64,000 nt of DNA from Batkoa obscura. Taxonomy: Eukaryota. Shown piece after piece: positions 10,990 through 25,995 of this stretch. The stretch covers positions 806,001 to 870,000 of the forward strand of contig JASVEC010000011.1 in the NCBI GenBank assembly GCA_030770535.1, written 5' to 3'. The notes below the pieces were generated by a model. It had not been told where the DNA came from and searched no databases. It worked only from the letters and a program-made list of their open reading frames with translations. The translations under genes were made by a program, and so were the position numbers. Each line of letters begins with the position of its first letter. Position 1 is the first letter of the stretch.

Positions 10990-13659
10990 ATGGAAGATAA
11001 TAATGAACAAGAAGAACTTGAATTACAACAAGATAGAGATAATGAATTGAATGAAACTTCCTTTATAAAATTAAAAGAAATTGAATTATTTGGTTTAAAT
11101 TGTACAAGACAATTTTATGAACAGCAAAAAGGTTATGAAATCACAACACAATCAGAAGATAAATCCAAAATGGGTAATGATTTCTCTATCAATTGATAAA
11201 ACCTTGCGATATTAATTAGCCATAATTATATTTAGATACAAGAACAAGAATAAAAAGGACACCTTCATTTGAAGGTGATTTCTCCCAATTACCTTTTTAT
11301 TTAAGAGATCCAACGGTATCATATATTAAATTCAATGAAGAATTGGCAGAAGAGCCTGTAACAAGTAAATCTATTTTGGTCTTAGCAACGATATTGTTCT
11401 GATTTTTATTTTTTAATTTAAAAAAGGTGCCAAAAACGAAAGGAGAGATTTAAATAACAATAATAACAACAACAATAATGAGGGTAATAGAAACCATGAT
11501 ATAAGCAACTCTATTGCTGATCTAGGTAATTAAATTTAAAATAGGTTAACGATCAATAACATTTCAATTTCAAATTTATAGCTTTAAATGATGAAAAGCG
11601 GTATCCAACCAGAAAGCGAAATGAACAATCGTTACATCCCTATACCAGAATCAACTGGATAGATAAAAGAACGGAACTACCTCCAACAGTAGATAAAAGA
11701 TATTTAAAAGAAGTATTACATGGTGGATCATTAAATAGAATTGATATTATACCTAATAAACCAGAAGATAATAACTTTATGAGAAATGAATTTTTGAGTT
11801 CAGATGAAGATGAAGATTACAATGGTAGTGGTAAATCAAGCATCGTTGATAATGATGAGGGTGAAACGGAGGTTGATGATGTGGATTTGACAGAGTTGGT
11901 GGATCGGTTTGAGGTTGGAAGTAGTAGGAATGTTAATAAGGAAAGGAGAAAAAGAAAGAATGTGGAGAAAAGAAAAACAAAGCTAATTAATAGTGATAAT
12001 AACAAAGATAATGATAATTCGGATAATGAATCAATTATAAATTTTAAAACTATAAATAAAAGAGTAGTTGTTGACTCGGATAATGAAAATGAAGATAATA
12101 ACGTTAGCTTAAACAGAGGTAATTTAATTAGTATAATAATAGTTATAAATAATAAATAATACAACAATTTAGATACAATATATAAAAATAACAGTATTCG
12201 AGGGAAACGAAAACTAAATTTTTTAATTTATTATAATAAGAAATTTGAAGGAAAAGGAAGGGAAAAAATACCTTTATTTTTAAGGTTGTGTTATCGACAA
12301 TATCAAAAAAGAAAGGATTTAGGTTTAAAATTATATGATTATCCATGGAACAAATCGATTTATTTGGATAATTTTGTCAATTTAAGAAGTAAAAGATATA
12401 AATTTCATTTAAAAGAATATTATACTAAAAGAAATAAGTTCAATTTCAACAATAAAGATAAATTAAGTTATCGTAGTAATAGTGTTAGAGAAAAGGTGGT
12501 TAAAAGGGACAATGATATAAGAAGTAGTAAGAATAAAAAATTAAAAAAGGTCAAATGGAATATTTATTCCAAACAAGTTAAAGATCAAATACAAAATTTA
12601 GATTTAAAATATCAAATATTATATAAAAATCGAAAATCCAATCCAGATTTCTATTTTTATCATTTTAATGAAGACGGAATTAGTACCGTCAATGAGAACA
12701 CGCTTAAAGAAGATACAATAATAACAAATACAAAAGGATGGAATGGAATACAAAAACATCTATTTGAAAAAAGAGTATTAGAATATAAGCAAAAAGGCTA
12801 TCCAATTGAAAGTAAATATAATCAAATGATGGGGAAAAAAAGATTTAACAAATTAATTAATAATCAAAATTTTATTTATAATAGTAAAAAAGATATTGAA
12901 AAAGATATTGAAAAAGATATTGATAATCGAAGTATAGCTAGTAGTGGATGGGGTCTATTTTCATTAAAAATACCAAAGAAAAGTGGTCAACAATGTAAGA
13001 AATATTATTATAAAAAGTATCGTAATATATCAAAATATCAATTGAACACAAATGAAAAGGAATTAAATTTAAAAGCCAATTTTAACTTTTTAAAAGAAGT
13101 AAGTTTGTTTTTTACTTTTTTCATTTGGTTTTTTAATCGTTTTAATTAGACTTCTTCTATTATACGTTCTGTTTGGGATCAACCTATTTATAAAAACATA
13201 GATTATCATTTTACCGTTAATAAACAGAGTGAGGAAGCAAATAACAACGGACATATAATTGATATCTATAGCAATAATAATAATAATAATAATAAGATAG
13301 TTGATACATTTAATGATAATGCAATTGATCTTGATAATATAACTAATAGTAATAGAATTAAGCAACCAATATCAAATCAACCTAAAGAAACAAAGTTAAA
13401 GGTTTATGGACATAGAAATTATTTAAATAATAATAAGATTAATAAAAAGAAAGAAAAAGTTAATTTTATTATTAAAAAGTTAATTAATAATCAATATTAT
13501 AATATTGAGGATAATAATGATACGTATGATGGTGAGAATGTCAATATAGTTGATAATTATAACGATTATTTTTATGATGATGATGGTTATAAGAATAGTT
13601 CTAATAATAATAGGAATTATAAAAAGAGTTATACCAATAATAATTATAAAAGTGATTAC

Positions 13660-13690
<31 letters not shown>

Positions 13691-15157
13691 GTATCAAAAA
13701 TAGGATAAATAATCAAACTAATAAATTTAATAGATTTAAAGAGTTAAACATAATTTATAATGATAATCAAATTATCAAAGAAACAATAATGAATGATATT
13801 CAATTTAATACTAAATTACTAAATGATAAATTTAATAATCAATTTCAATTAAGTAGTCCAATGGACAGTTTTTATATGATTGTTAACGAATTGTTTGCCC
13901 AATTTGTTTGCGAGTTTAATAATCAAAATGACAGTATGGAGTTATATAATAGTAACAATAGTAGGATTCGAATATTTGAAAGAGAATATCAATTAGATTC
14001 GGAACTTAAATATGATTTTAAATGTTTAATTCAATACTTAATAAAGAAAGTGGCCATTAATATTAATATTAACAATAGTAGAGTAAATAAGGAAGAAGCC
14101 AAAGAAATAATTTATAATCTATTACAACTCTACCAATTTATTAAAAAAGTCGATCAATTAGATTTATGCAAATTAATTTATTTGGAAATGCAATTGTTAT
14201 TAGAGTTAATTAATAGAATACAAACTATACTATTAAATCAATTAATTAATAATGATTCATTGAATTTGAACTATATAGAATTAATTATAATTACTCAGTT
14301 TGTTATCATTAATTTTAGTATTAATTATATTAATCTAATTAAAGAAGATACAATTAATGATAAAATAATAGATCAATTAATTAAACCGATAAGTTATTTT
14401 ATAAGTTATAATATATTGTATATAATTTATAAAGATAATCAAAACCAATATAGTAGTAATAATGATAACAATAATAATCAAATTTATAAAATTAGTTTTA
14501 ATTATATTTTAAAATTAATGAATGAATTGGGATTATTAGATAAATTTAAAGTTGTGTTACTTAGACAAATTAATGAATTGATAATTTTAATTATATTAAA
14601 CAATAAGGATAACAATAATAGTAAGGATAATTCTTTTTTATTAGAATTCTATTTTAAATTGGTTTACTTTCTACTAAGTTCCATACCATCGAATCAATTC
14701 TATCAATATTCTGACTTTATTTGGTCATTCATAGAACCTATTTGGAATTCGTTGGAAGACTATCTGAATAATAATAATAATAATAAGATCAATAGCGTTA
14801 ATAGATTCAATATTGAAATACAACAAACAGTAGAGCAACAAATCAAAGAATACGAATTAAAAGTATTTTTAGTTATTAGGGAGTATTTATTGAGATGTCT
14901 AATTCTAATTCAAAAATGGGAACTTAAAATAAATGAAATTTTATTACATCAATTGTTTACAATTATTAATAAAGAACATAATCGTTGTTATAATGAGGAT
15001 GAGTTAATGGAGATTAAAAAAGAAGAAAAAAGAGGTTTAAACTTAATAATTTTAAATTACCATTTTGAAAATGAAGAGATTAATGTTAAGGAGATTGATT
15101 TATTTAAATTAAGTTTAACTGAAATTTATTTATTATTAGTGAATGAATATTTAATCA

Positions 15158-15202
<45 letters not shown>

Positions 15203-16609
15203 TAATTAACGAGGACAACAATAATTTCAATAGCTCAATAAATTATGATAATAAAATTAAGCAATTATTAACTAAATTATCATTTACAAAAAGAATGGAA
15301 TTAAAAGTATATAATTATCAACAATATCAAATTTATAAAAATCTAATTCAAATTAAATTAATTATTTTATTAAACTACCCAATGGAATCGATCAATAATA
15401 AACGTATTATTAATCAATTTAAATTATTATTTATTAATTTAATGCAATTAAATCATTTAGCCATTTTAATATTAATTAAATATTATTTAGTTTTAATAGT
15501 AACGATTTATTGGAAATTGAAAAAGGATAAGAGTAAAGATGATATGGAAGTAGATTATTTCGATTATTTACAAGATATTTTAAATTTAATATTTAATCGT
15601 TATAATAATGAAAATAATGAGTTATTATTAAGTCAAGCAATGGATTTATTATTAATATATTTACCAATTTTATTTTTAAATGATAAGAATATTACGATTG
15701 AGGAAACATTATTAAAATTGAATTTTAAAAAGGAATTCAAGTGTTTTGAAAATTATTTAAACAATATAATAGAAGATAATAATAATTCTAATAATATCAA
15801 TATTAACAAATATCAACAATTAAATTTAATATTAAATTTGTTAAAATTATTTACAGGTAATCTAATAACTTTATAATAATAATCAATAGAAATAACTAAT
15901 AATAATTAATTAATAGAATATTTTAACAAATTGTTGTCTCCATTTAATTCGAATTTAACTATCAAAATACAATGTAGTAATTTACTATTATTATTATTAA
16001 CTTATTTAGATCAATTTTGTAGAAATAACAACAATTTGAATCAAAATCAGGTTAAAAATAAATCAATGATATCAATAAATAATAGTAATAATAGTAATTT
16101 CAATGAATTTGAATTAAGTGAAGATACCGATGAAGAAGAGATTCTAAAGAAAATTTCATTAATTGAAAGTAGTTTTATTTTAAGAGAAAATAGTCATAGT
16201 AATGTGTTGAATAATAATAGTAATATGATAAATAATAGAAGTAGTGATAATGTATTGAGTAACAATAATAATAGTATAATGAATTTAAGTCGTCATGATA
16301 ACAGGGATAGTAGTCATAACAACAATAATAACATAACAGTGGAAGAACTAGAATTATTAAAAAAAATTCAAGATTATTTTCAATTTAATCAGTTAGAAGA
16401 TAAACTAATTCATAGTATTAAATATAATTTAATTAATGATAAAGAACATTTTAATAACAATAATAATAACAATTCATCACAATTATTAAATATTTGTTTT
16501 ATTAAATTATTTAAATTTAAATTTAAATTTAAGCAGATGGAATTGACCAAATTGTTCAATGTGATTGATTTGAATTCTTGGTTTATCACTGTTTTGGAGA
16601 ATAAAGCGA

Positions 16610-16687
<78 letters not shown>

Positions 16688-18998
16688 GTAAAGTAGATAT
16701 TCGTAATTTAAATAATCAATTAGTCAAAATTATTGAATTTTATCAATTACTGTTTGATGAAATTATACTAACTCAAAATTCAAAAATAGCAGTTTATAAT
16801 ATTGATTGTTTTTTATTGTTAATTGATTTAATTATTGGTAGTTGTATATTATTAGATAATGAGATGTGTTTTAAATTAATAAGGATGTATTTTATGTTAT
16901 GGGAACAAACAGTGGAAAGTGAAAATGTGAGATTGAGAGCAAAGATTGAGAAAGATATTTATTTTCAAATCATGTTTATTGTATCCGAGAAATATTGTAA
17001 TGAACAAGAAGAATATAACGAAACATTTAATATTGTACAGTTTTTAAATGGTAAGTATTTTTAATTTAAAAAAGTTACAATTAATGTTAATAATAATAAT
17101 AATTTTTTAATTTAAAGATTTATTTTTATGTTGGGGTAAACAACATGAAACAAAGAATTTAAATAATTTATTGGATAAAGAATCTTATATAAAAATTACT
17201 CAATTTTTATTAAAATTAACAAGTGGATTACAATGGGTTATTAAGGTAAATAATATCTCTAATATTTATCTATTTAATAATTAGAGTTTTAATATTTATT
17301 TAATTTTTTAGATGAATTATAATAATTTTATAAAATATACAACGAATAATAATAATACTATTTATAATATTATTGAAAGCGTCATTGTTCAAATGTTTAG
17401 TTTAATGGATTATTTATTAAATAAAGGAGTGGAATTTAATAAATTATTGGACCAAATCTTGGATATAATAGCTACATTTATTGTCAAAGAAGATGTTATT
17501 AAAATTGATGTTGGAAGGTAAATTTAAAATATCGTATTTTATTGTTAATGAATTACTAATATATATATATATATATTATTTATTTTTAAATTTAGAGTTT
17601 ATATTATTATTAATTCTATTTTAAATATCCATTTTAAAAGCTATCGATCGATATTAATAATCTTAGATTATTTTTATGAACATTTAAATTTATCTACTTT
17701 TATTAAACTAATGTTTAATAATAATAAATTGATAGTTAAAAATGTGTATGATAATATAAGGTAAAGCTATTATTATTACTTAATAAACATAATATCTTTT
17801 ATTAATAATTAATAACTATTAGGAATAAGAAAGAGCATGAGTTGAGAATGTATTATTATAAAAAAATTAGCTTGAACTTAAAACAAAATTTTTCATTGAT
17901 TAGCAATATAGTAAAAGAATTAAATATTAAATTACAATCAAATTGTAACTCTTTAATTCAATTTCAATTTTATATGTCCATTATTCAATTAGAACTAAAT
18001 TATTTTATTTTACCTTTAATACACTATTTTTTACAAATGGTAAGTTCAGAAGTTTTTTTTATCAATGTAAGTATTGATTTTTAAATGTTTATTTAGAAGT
18101 TTAATAAGGATAAAATAACAAAAGAGGATGTTATTGAATATACTCAATTATTAGTGAATTGGATTAAAATATTTTCTACGTATTATCAATACGACAAACA
18201 ATTTGGTAAGCTTTTTGTATATTTTATTAAAACATACATATTTATTTACTTTATTTTATTTTATTTTATTCTAGTTATAGAAAATTTAACTTGGTTTCAA
18301 CAGATGAACAATTTGATTAATATATTATTTCATATAATTCAATTATATTGGTTACAAATTATATTGAATTGTCAACAATTCATGATGGGATTACCGCTGA
18401 TTGAAGATGAGGAAAGCAATAATAATAATGAGAATGAATATAGTGATGAATATAATAATCCAATTACTTTCTATATTAATCAACTTCAATTATCATTAAA
18501 TGAATATAAGTTAGAATACCAATTAACCCAACAGAATCAAAATAATAGTGATTTTATAATAGTAATTACTTCTATTAATGAACGATATTCTTATATTGAA
18601 TTAATGGGATTATCAAAACAATTGTTATCCGAATTACTACCTGTATATAATCATTATTTAAGAAAAATTGACTTTTTTAATTCAAAAGTAAAGTTAAGTG
18701 TCATGAAGTTATTTAACCTTGGTTATGACTCGAGGGATCAAGACAATGAAAGTATTCCAACTATGTTTTTTATAATCAAATCAATTTATAAAGATAAAGA
18801 AGGGGGTATAAAGTTGAAGAAAGAGTTGATTGTAAGTTTTTATTAATTGTTTGATATTAGATAATTATTGATTCTTTTTATTTTTTTATTTAGGAATTTG
18901 TAAGAGTTAATTTCAATAATAAATTATTACTATTTTTAGATAATGAATTAAGGTTTTATTTTGAAGAAAAACCAATCATGGATACTTTCAATTGGTAA
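10990..18998 (+). CDS. Very large multi-exon Asn-rich protein, possibly Mms22/Mus7-like, with a Myb/SANT-like segment
   Basis: Successive plus-strand ORFs linked by GT-AG introns. Disordered acidic/basic N-terminus containing RYPTRKRNEQSLHPY, long Leu/Ile-rich helical C-terminal part, final exon ..PIMDTFNW*. The family call is from recalled motif resemblance only; internal exon boundaries are not fully resolved. Confidence 0.5.
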
Positions 18999-19352
18999 CT
19001 ATTGAATTTCATTTGCTTGAAATTGATTTATTTTAATAAAGTTAAAGTATTATTTATTATTATTATTCGTTATTACTATTATCCACTTTCCTTCCTATTA
19101 GTATAATAAAAAGTCCACATTAACTAATAACAAATTAATTTATTACCACTTTATAGTCTAAAAGAACAAATCAACATTATCTAATTTCCTTTTAATTTTA
19201 TTGGTTGAAATTGAAAATTTATAAGCATTTATTTCGCAATCACCCATTTCTAAAAAAATAAAACTCATTTATTCTATTTTTATACAATTCTTAACTTCAT
19301 ACACCTTATAAACAAAATAAAAATAAAAATAAAATAAAAATAAAAATAAAAA

Positions 19353-22300
19353 ATGGATGGTTTATATGATACCACAGCTCAATGGGGAGAATTGGTAAGT
19401 CCTGAAAGTATTGAAAGTAAAGAGAATGAAGAAAATCAAGAACCATGGGGTGAATTCAGTGAAGAAACTATCCCTGACACCGAAGTTTTAGAAGAAAAAG
19501 TACAAGAAAAAGTACAAGAAAAAGTGGAATTCACAATTCAAAAAGAGAATCAACTTGATGAAGATATTAGTTATAATAATATTGATACTAAAAATGAATA
19601 TACAAATTTTAGTGAAATTAGATTTGATAATACAGAAGATAATAAGGGATTTCAAGTAGATCCTTGGTTCAGTGGAGAGAGTAAAGTAGTAGCTGAGGAA
19701 AAAATTGAGACAAGGAATGATTATAAGTGGGAAGTGGACGAAAAAGAGAAATCAATCAGGGACTATAATAATAATAAGAAAGAAAGCAACAAAGAGAAAT
19801 ATAAAGTTAATGACAAAGAGATTTCAGTTAAGGAAGTTCAACAAGTTTTATCTGAAGAAATCCAACCAGAAGCAATCAAAAAGAAAGGAGTTGGTTTAAT
19901 TAATTTTAATAATCTATTAAATTTTCGATTAAAAAGAGATGTTAACAGCGGTGAGAATAAGAGCAAAAATCTGAATTTCAATAAAAATTTGAAAATTCAA
20001 CAAAAGGAAATAGTGGTCAAAAATATATTAGATTTACCACATGAAGTATTAATGAAAGTATTTCAATTGTGTTCTGTACAGAGTTTATTAAGATTAAAAC
20101 AAGTCAATAGAAGGTTTATGTATTTTATTCAATTGGATGCGACATGGGCTATTCGATTAAAATGGATGGAGTTTTCTAAAATTGATTGGGGATTAGGTAA
20201 GTGATATTTTAATATAATTATAATTATAATTATTCTTAATTTATATTTTGAATATTAATTTAGATAATAATTTTAATGAGTTGAATTGTGAACAAATCTT
20301 AAAATGTATTTGGTTAAACAAAAAAAAAGAATATTTACAATTTGAAAGAATTGAAAATCAAGAATTAGAATTATTTAATCAAAAAGATTTGGCTCAAATT
20401 TCTAATCAATTATATCAATTAATTCAGTTTTCAAAGGCAATGATTATAGATAATTGGTATATTGTAAGTAATTTTATTGTTATATTTTATTATAATGTGA
20501 ATATTGTTTATATATTAATATTTTTCCATCTATTTTTAGTTCCATCATAATTTATTAATAATGAAAGAATATTATGAAGCTAGTTTATTAAATAATTTAA
20601 ATTTAGCTTATTCTGAAATGGATATGGAAGAATTGAAAGTAAGTTATTAAATTTATAATAATATAATAATAATGCAATGTTATTATTGTGTTATAATAAT
20701 ATATAATATTTATTTATTTCTTTTTATTAGATACAATGTTTAGCATTACAAGGGTTACAAGGAAATAATTTAGGCATTAAATGGTTAGTCGAACAAAATC
20801 CGATATTTATATTTCATGATTATAAATCACCAGAAACTTTAGAGTAAGTTTATATATATATATATTACTAATAATATCAAAACTAATAATTTTATTAAAT
20901 TTTATTATTTTATTATAAAACAATAGTGATTTAGATTTAATATATGATATGATGATAGATTTTTATCAAAAAATACAAGAGCAAATCTTATTAGAAAATG
21001 ATTTGTTAATTAAAATATTTAAAGATTCAAAAGAAGGTAATACGGTATTTATTGAACAGTTATTTAGAGATTGTGTAAGTTTAATTTATAATAATAATAA
21101 ATAATAATAAATAATAATAAATAAATAATAAATAAATAATAAATAATAATAAATAATAATAAATTATTTTATATTAGATATCCGGTTTTTTAATTCCTAT
21201 ATTAAGTGTAGCAGAAGAACAAAGTGATATGTTACCTTCAATCTATGGAAAAATATTAGTAAAAAGCTTTTTATTAGGACAAGAATATATATTAAAATTA
21301 GATATACCAATGGATTTACATCGAGTTGAATTAAGCTATTATTATTTATATCGACCCCAATTAGATATATTTGTTAAAAATGAAATGTTATATTTAGATT
21401 TAAATTATTCAACATTATGTAAAAATTTTTTATTTCAAATGTTTGGTAATGAAGAAATTGAACAATTAAAAGCAAAAAGTAACAATTTAAAATCCAAATT
21501 AAGTTTATTTGATACCAAGTTTTTTTTAAATCAAAAAAATATATTATTAGATTCAATGACTAAAGCATTTAAATCAAATTCATTTAATAATAATAATAAT
21601 AATAGTAATAGTGATATGTATTTTAATAATGATAATAATGAAAATAAGGAATTTAATTTTAGTGAATTTATATCAATTAAATTAATTCAACAATTAATAT
21701 TAATGAATGAAGAATCATTACAACGTATTATTATATTTGAATGGTTTGATAAATTAGGACATTGGAATGGAATATTAAAGAATCATATGGAATTCATATT
21801 TCATAAATTAATTCATTATATAAATGAAGAACATTTATTTTATAGTTTTGAATTTATATTTAAACAATTAAGAAAACATCAATCTAATCAATATCAAACA
21901 TTAAAAGGTGGAGAATTAGTATTACCAGTTTTATCATTTTTTACATTAATATTACAAGTAGATTATTTAATGGAATTAATTGATAATTATTATATTAACA
22001 ATTTTATTAAATTCAAATTAATTGATAAAAATGACTTTTTAAATTCATGTAATATAATTAAAAAAAAGTTTGAAACAAAAATGGATGAAATTATTGCTAA
22101 TGGCTTAGACTTATCAATACAAACATTAATGTTACATGTCGATTATTTATTAAAATATTATCAAACAACATTAGATTTTAAACCACAATCTCAACTTAAT
22201 AATTTAAAGCCAAGTAAAGCATGTCAAGAAGTTATTAATTGTTTAATTCATCATGTGACTAAAGTTAAACAACAAAAAATTGATATTAAAATATTAAATG

Positions 22301-22647
22301 TATTTTATAATGAAATAGCATTAAGATTATTTCATGATTTAATTAAACATATTAAGAAATTTACAATTAATCAATATGGAGGGTATCAATTATTATCAGA
22401 TTTATCAGCTTATTTTTCATGGATATTAACATTAGAATTAAATGAAATTATGAATCATTATCAAGCTTTAAAAGAAGTAGCTAATATTTATTTAATGGAC
22501 TCAGAAGATTTAAAAATATTAATTCAAGATCAAGAAAGATTTTTAGGTATTTTTCATTTAGAAGAATTATTGGAATTTGTTCAAAGAAGAGAAGATTATA
22601 AAAAAATTCAAAAAAAAATTGAAATTGAAGGTTGTTCTCTTATGTAA
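19353..22647 (+). CDS. RCY1: F-box/Sec10-like recycling protein (recyclin-1); multi-exon
   Basis: F-box ILDLPHEVLMKVFQLCSVQSLLRLKQVNRRF, Sec10-like C-terminus (GGYQLLSDLSAY, EFVQRREDY), C-terminal CAAX box CSLM. Confidence 0.85.
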
Positions 22648-22948
22648 ATCATAAGATATATAATAAATATATAATAAATATATAATAAATATATAATAAA
22701 TAAAATATAAATGAATAAAAATATAAATTAATAAAATTTATAATTTTATAATTTTTAGTTTATTTTTTATTTTAAATCTTTTTTAATATTTTATTAATAG
22801 AAATAAATAAATTCGTTGAATAAGAAGAGAGTAAGAGAGTAAATGATCTTAAAATAAGTAATTTACATTCTACTTTTAATCATATTTAATATATATTAAT
22901 CTAATCTAATTTAAGTTTCTAACTCAAATATTATTAATACTATTTTAA

Positions 22949-23794
22949 TTAACTATGAATTTCTTTTTCATTAAATTTAACATCATGACGTAAATCATGA
23001 TCCATCAATTCAAGTGGACACTTTTTATAAGAATTAAAAAGCTTATCCCAAATTGTAAAATATTGACCATAATTAACATTAAAATATAAATGATGCATTG
23101 TATGATTCGAAGTAGAATTAATAATCTCACCATCATTAAAATAAGCCCCATCATGAATTAACACAGTCCATAAGTTAACTATTATAAAAAAACCAATATA
23201 TAAATACTTATGAAAGGGAAAGATAAATACAAATAAATGATAAGGAATAGATTGTAAATAACCATCTAAAAAGTGAAAAGCATGAGAAGCATAAGGAGTT
23301 GGTACTAAGATTTGATGATGTAATTTATGAAGTGATTTATAAACTTTAGGATGATGTAATCCACGATGAATCCAATATATAAAGAAATCAGTGAAAAAAA
23401 GAAACATAAAAATAGATAGAAATAAATAACTTAATGAATAATCACAATATCGAATATATAATAAAGAATACCCATTAACTTGTAATTGAAAGAATGGAGC
23501 AGTTAATAAAGACATTGGAATTATTGCTTCAATAGAATATTGAATTTCTAATTCAATTTGATTAGGAAGATACTTTGGATGAAGTTTTAATCGTTTATCA
23601 AATAGAAAGTAATAGCTTAAGGTAGCAGTAATGAAATAAAATAAAAATCCAAAGACAGTTGTAATGATACTTAATGAAATATATTGTCGAAGTAAGTTTT
23701 CAGGTGGTAAATAAGCAAAGTGGAAACGTATAGCTAAATTTTGATATACATTGTTTAATAACCATTTATCACTGAGGTTGAGTATTATATCCAT
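22949..23794 (-). CDS. ERG3: C-5 sterol desaturase
   Basis: Histidine boxes HRGLH, HKLHH, HTMHH; TPYASHAFH; NYGQYFTIWDKLF; single exon. Confidence 0.95.
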   Translation of the reverse strand: MDIILNLSDKWLLNNVYQNLAIRFHFAYLPPENLLRQYISLSIITTVFGFLFYFITATLSYYFLFDKRLKLHPKYLPNQIELEIQYSIEAIIPMSLLTAPFFQLQVNGYSLLYIRYCDYSLSYLFLSIFMFLFFTDFFIYWIHRGLHHPKVYKSLHKLHHQILVPTPYASHAFHFLDGYLQSIPYHLFVFIFPFHKYLYIGFFIIVNLWTVLIHDGAYFNDGEIINSTSNHTMHHLYFNVNYGQYFTIWDKLFNSYKKCPLELMDHDLRHDVKFNEKEIHS

Positions 23795-23807
23795 ATTGTA
23801 TTAGTTT

Positions 23808-23899
23808 TGATTTATTTATTTTTGATTTATTTTACTTTGATTTATTTTATTTTGATTTATTTTATTTTGATTTATTTTATTTTATTTTATTTTATTTTA
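23808..23899. repeat. (TTTTA/TTTGA)n simple repeat just upstream of ERG3
   Basis: Tandem pentamers TTTTA interspersed with TTTGA. Confidence 0.8.
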
Positions 23900-24785
23900 C
23901 AATTTGTATAACTTAATTTAGAGTATTTATACTTTTATGAGTTACTGAGTAATAGACTATCCCCTAGTTTTCTATTCTTTTTGAGAGATGTTATTTGTAT
24001 ATTTTTAAACTTGAATTGCCCCTTAAATTTGAGTTTTGAAATTTTTCATCTTTTTTTTTATTTATCTTCTTTTATTATTAAACTTTAATTAAAACTTAAT
24101 GATCCCTAAATTTTTAATTTATATGGTGTGTTTACTATTGTCAATAAGTAAAGTGGCGATAGTTTGTTTAATAAACAATCTTTTTAATAATAAGATTCTT
24201 TAATTATTTTATGTTAACTATATTTGAAAAGCAATTAAAATATTTTGTATATTTCTACTCCATAAATTAATAATTCATTTCTAATTACCCCCTTATTTCA
24301 AAAAACTCCACCTTTCTTTCCCCAATCTCCATTTTTTGGTCAACTTTTTTAATGCATAATATCTATTAACTTAATTTATCTAGATTTTTGTGTTTTATAA
24401 ATTCTTTGAAATATTAGAATTATATATTAAATGAAGAATATTAATATTACGATTTATTATTACGTAGCTTACTATTTATTGGAATTATTACGATTTATCA
24501 AAGATTGTAGATAAATGATGGAAGTGACTGCTTATTACGATTCAATTTATCAGCTAGATTAATAAGTTTCTATTTTTAATAATATTATTAATACCTTTTG
24601 GAAAAATGTATAAATTTCGATGAATATGCAATTGCAAACAAAAATTATAAAAAACTAAATAAAATAATATAGATATTTGGAAAATGTTATTTAGTTAATT
24701 GCTTGTAATTGCAAAATCATCGGAGTTTTTGTACATTTTTCCAAAGGGTGTAAATCCAAAATAATAAAATTCATTTTATTTAACA

Positions 24786-24884
24786 TATGGGGGTGTTTTT
24801 TTTGGTTTCATTACTCTTTTTATTTAAGCGTTATTTAAATGGAAAAACTGCTAGTAAAATTTTTAAACAAAAAATATATCCATA
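24786..24884 (+). mobile_element. MITE family A copy
   Basis: Matches consensus, TA flanks. Confidence 0.8.
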
Positions 24885-25501
24885 TAAAGATGTTCAAATT
24901 GGTTTTATTTTTTTGTTTAATTTTTAAATATTTTATATTTTAAAAACTTTGTTTGAAATTTTATAAAAATAATTTTTTTGTTAAAAAGCAAAAATATTTA
25001 ACAGTTTTAAATTATTTATTATAATATATATTATAAATTAGTAAAATTTTTACTAAATTTGATAAAAATTATTATATTAATAAAGATTTTACTAATATAA
25101 CTTATATTAATGTTAATCAAAGTTGTAATATATGAATAAATAGGTGTTTTTATAAAGCTTTATTAAAAAATATTTATTATTAATTGCTTTTATAAAATAT
25201 TGCCTTATCAGCTTTATAATTAATTCAGAGTTTTTATTTTAATTTGCTATGAAAATTTATACTATTTAATTATAAAAAATGTTGTTTTTTTATTTTAATG
25301 TCCATATTTAGCAACTATAATAAAAAATTAACTGTTGTTATGTTATATATATACTTCTTAATATAATAATTAAAAGTTTTTTATTAAATTGTTTTTTATT
25401 AAATTATTTTTTAATATTGTACTTTTAATAAAGCTACTAGATTTTATAGTAATATCTTTTATTTTACTTGTTTTATATAGTTCATAACTTATTATATGCT
25501 A

Positions 25502-25962
25502 TGTGAAATATTGGTTTATTAGCTCTCGGATTGATTATAACACAACAATCACTTAAGTTGTTGTATTCTCAAGTTCAAACACAATCAATTCAGAGTCCCT
25601 TATTTTGATTTGCTGCGAGGATTTATAACTTCATATTGCAAACAATATTATCTCCTTTTAATATCCATACTTATTGGAGTATAAAAGATATTCTTCAATA
25701 TGATAACTCGAGACTTTTTAATTGGACTACTCCCTGATAACGTATCATTAATAAAGTCACTAAGTCTTTCTGACAATATCTTACGTAGATTTTATAGTAG
25801 TATCTTCTATTCTATTTGTTTTACATAGTTCGTAGCTTATTACGTATCATTTCTATTAATTTAAGTCCATCTTAGTTATATAAACTAAGACCGTTTGACT
25901 CAATGCAAGTTAATCAACCAAGAACTGCTTCTAACTCCTATCACTGAGTATCAGCTTTCATA
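25502..25962 (+). mobile_element. Element B (~460 bp; solo LTR or Ginger-like non-autonomous element), young copy
   Basis: Termini TGTGAAA..TTTCATA; 4-bp TSD GCTA on both sides; no ORF; near-identical inverted copy at 26126-26584. Confidence 0.8.
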
Positions 25963-25995
25963 GCTATTTTTATTCATTTAAGATTATCTTAGTTG

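Noticed and set aside
11817..13716. Hydrophobic minus-strand ORFs (poly-Ile/Leu/Ser); likewise the plus-strand ORFs at 43499-43789
   Set aside because: Antisense shadows of Asn/Asp/Glu-rich exons on the opposite strand.
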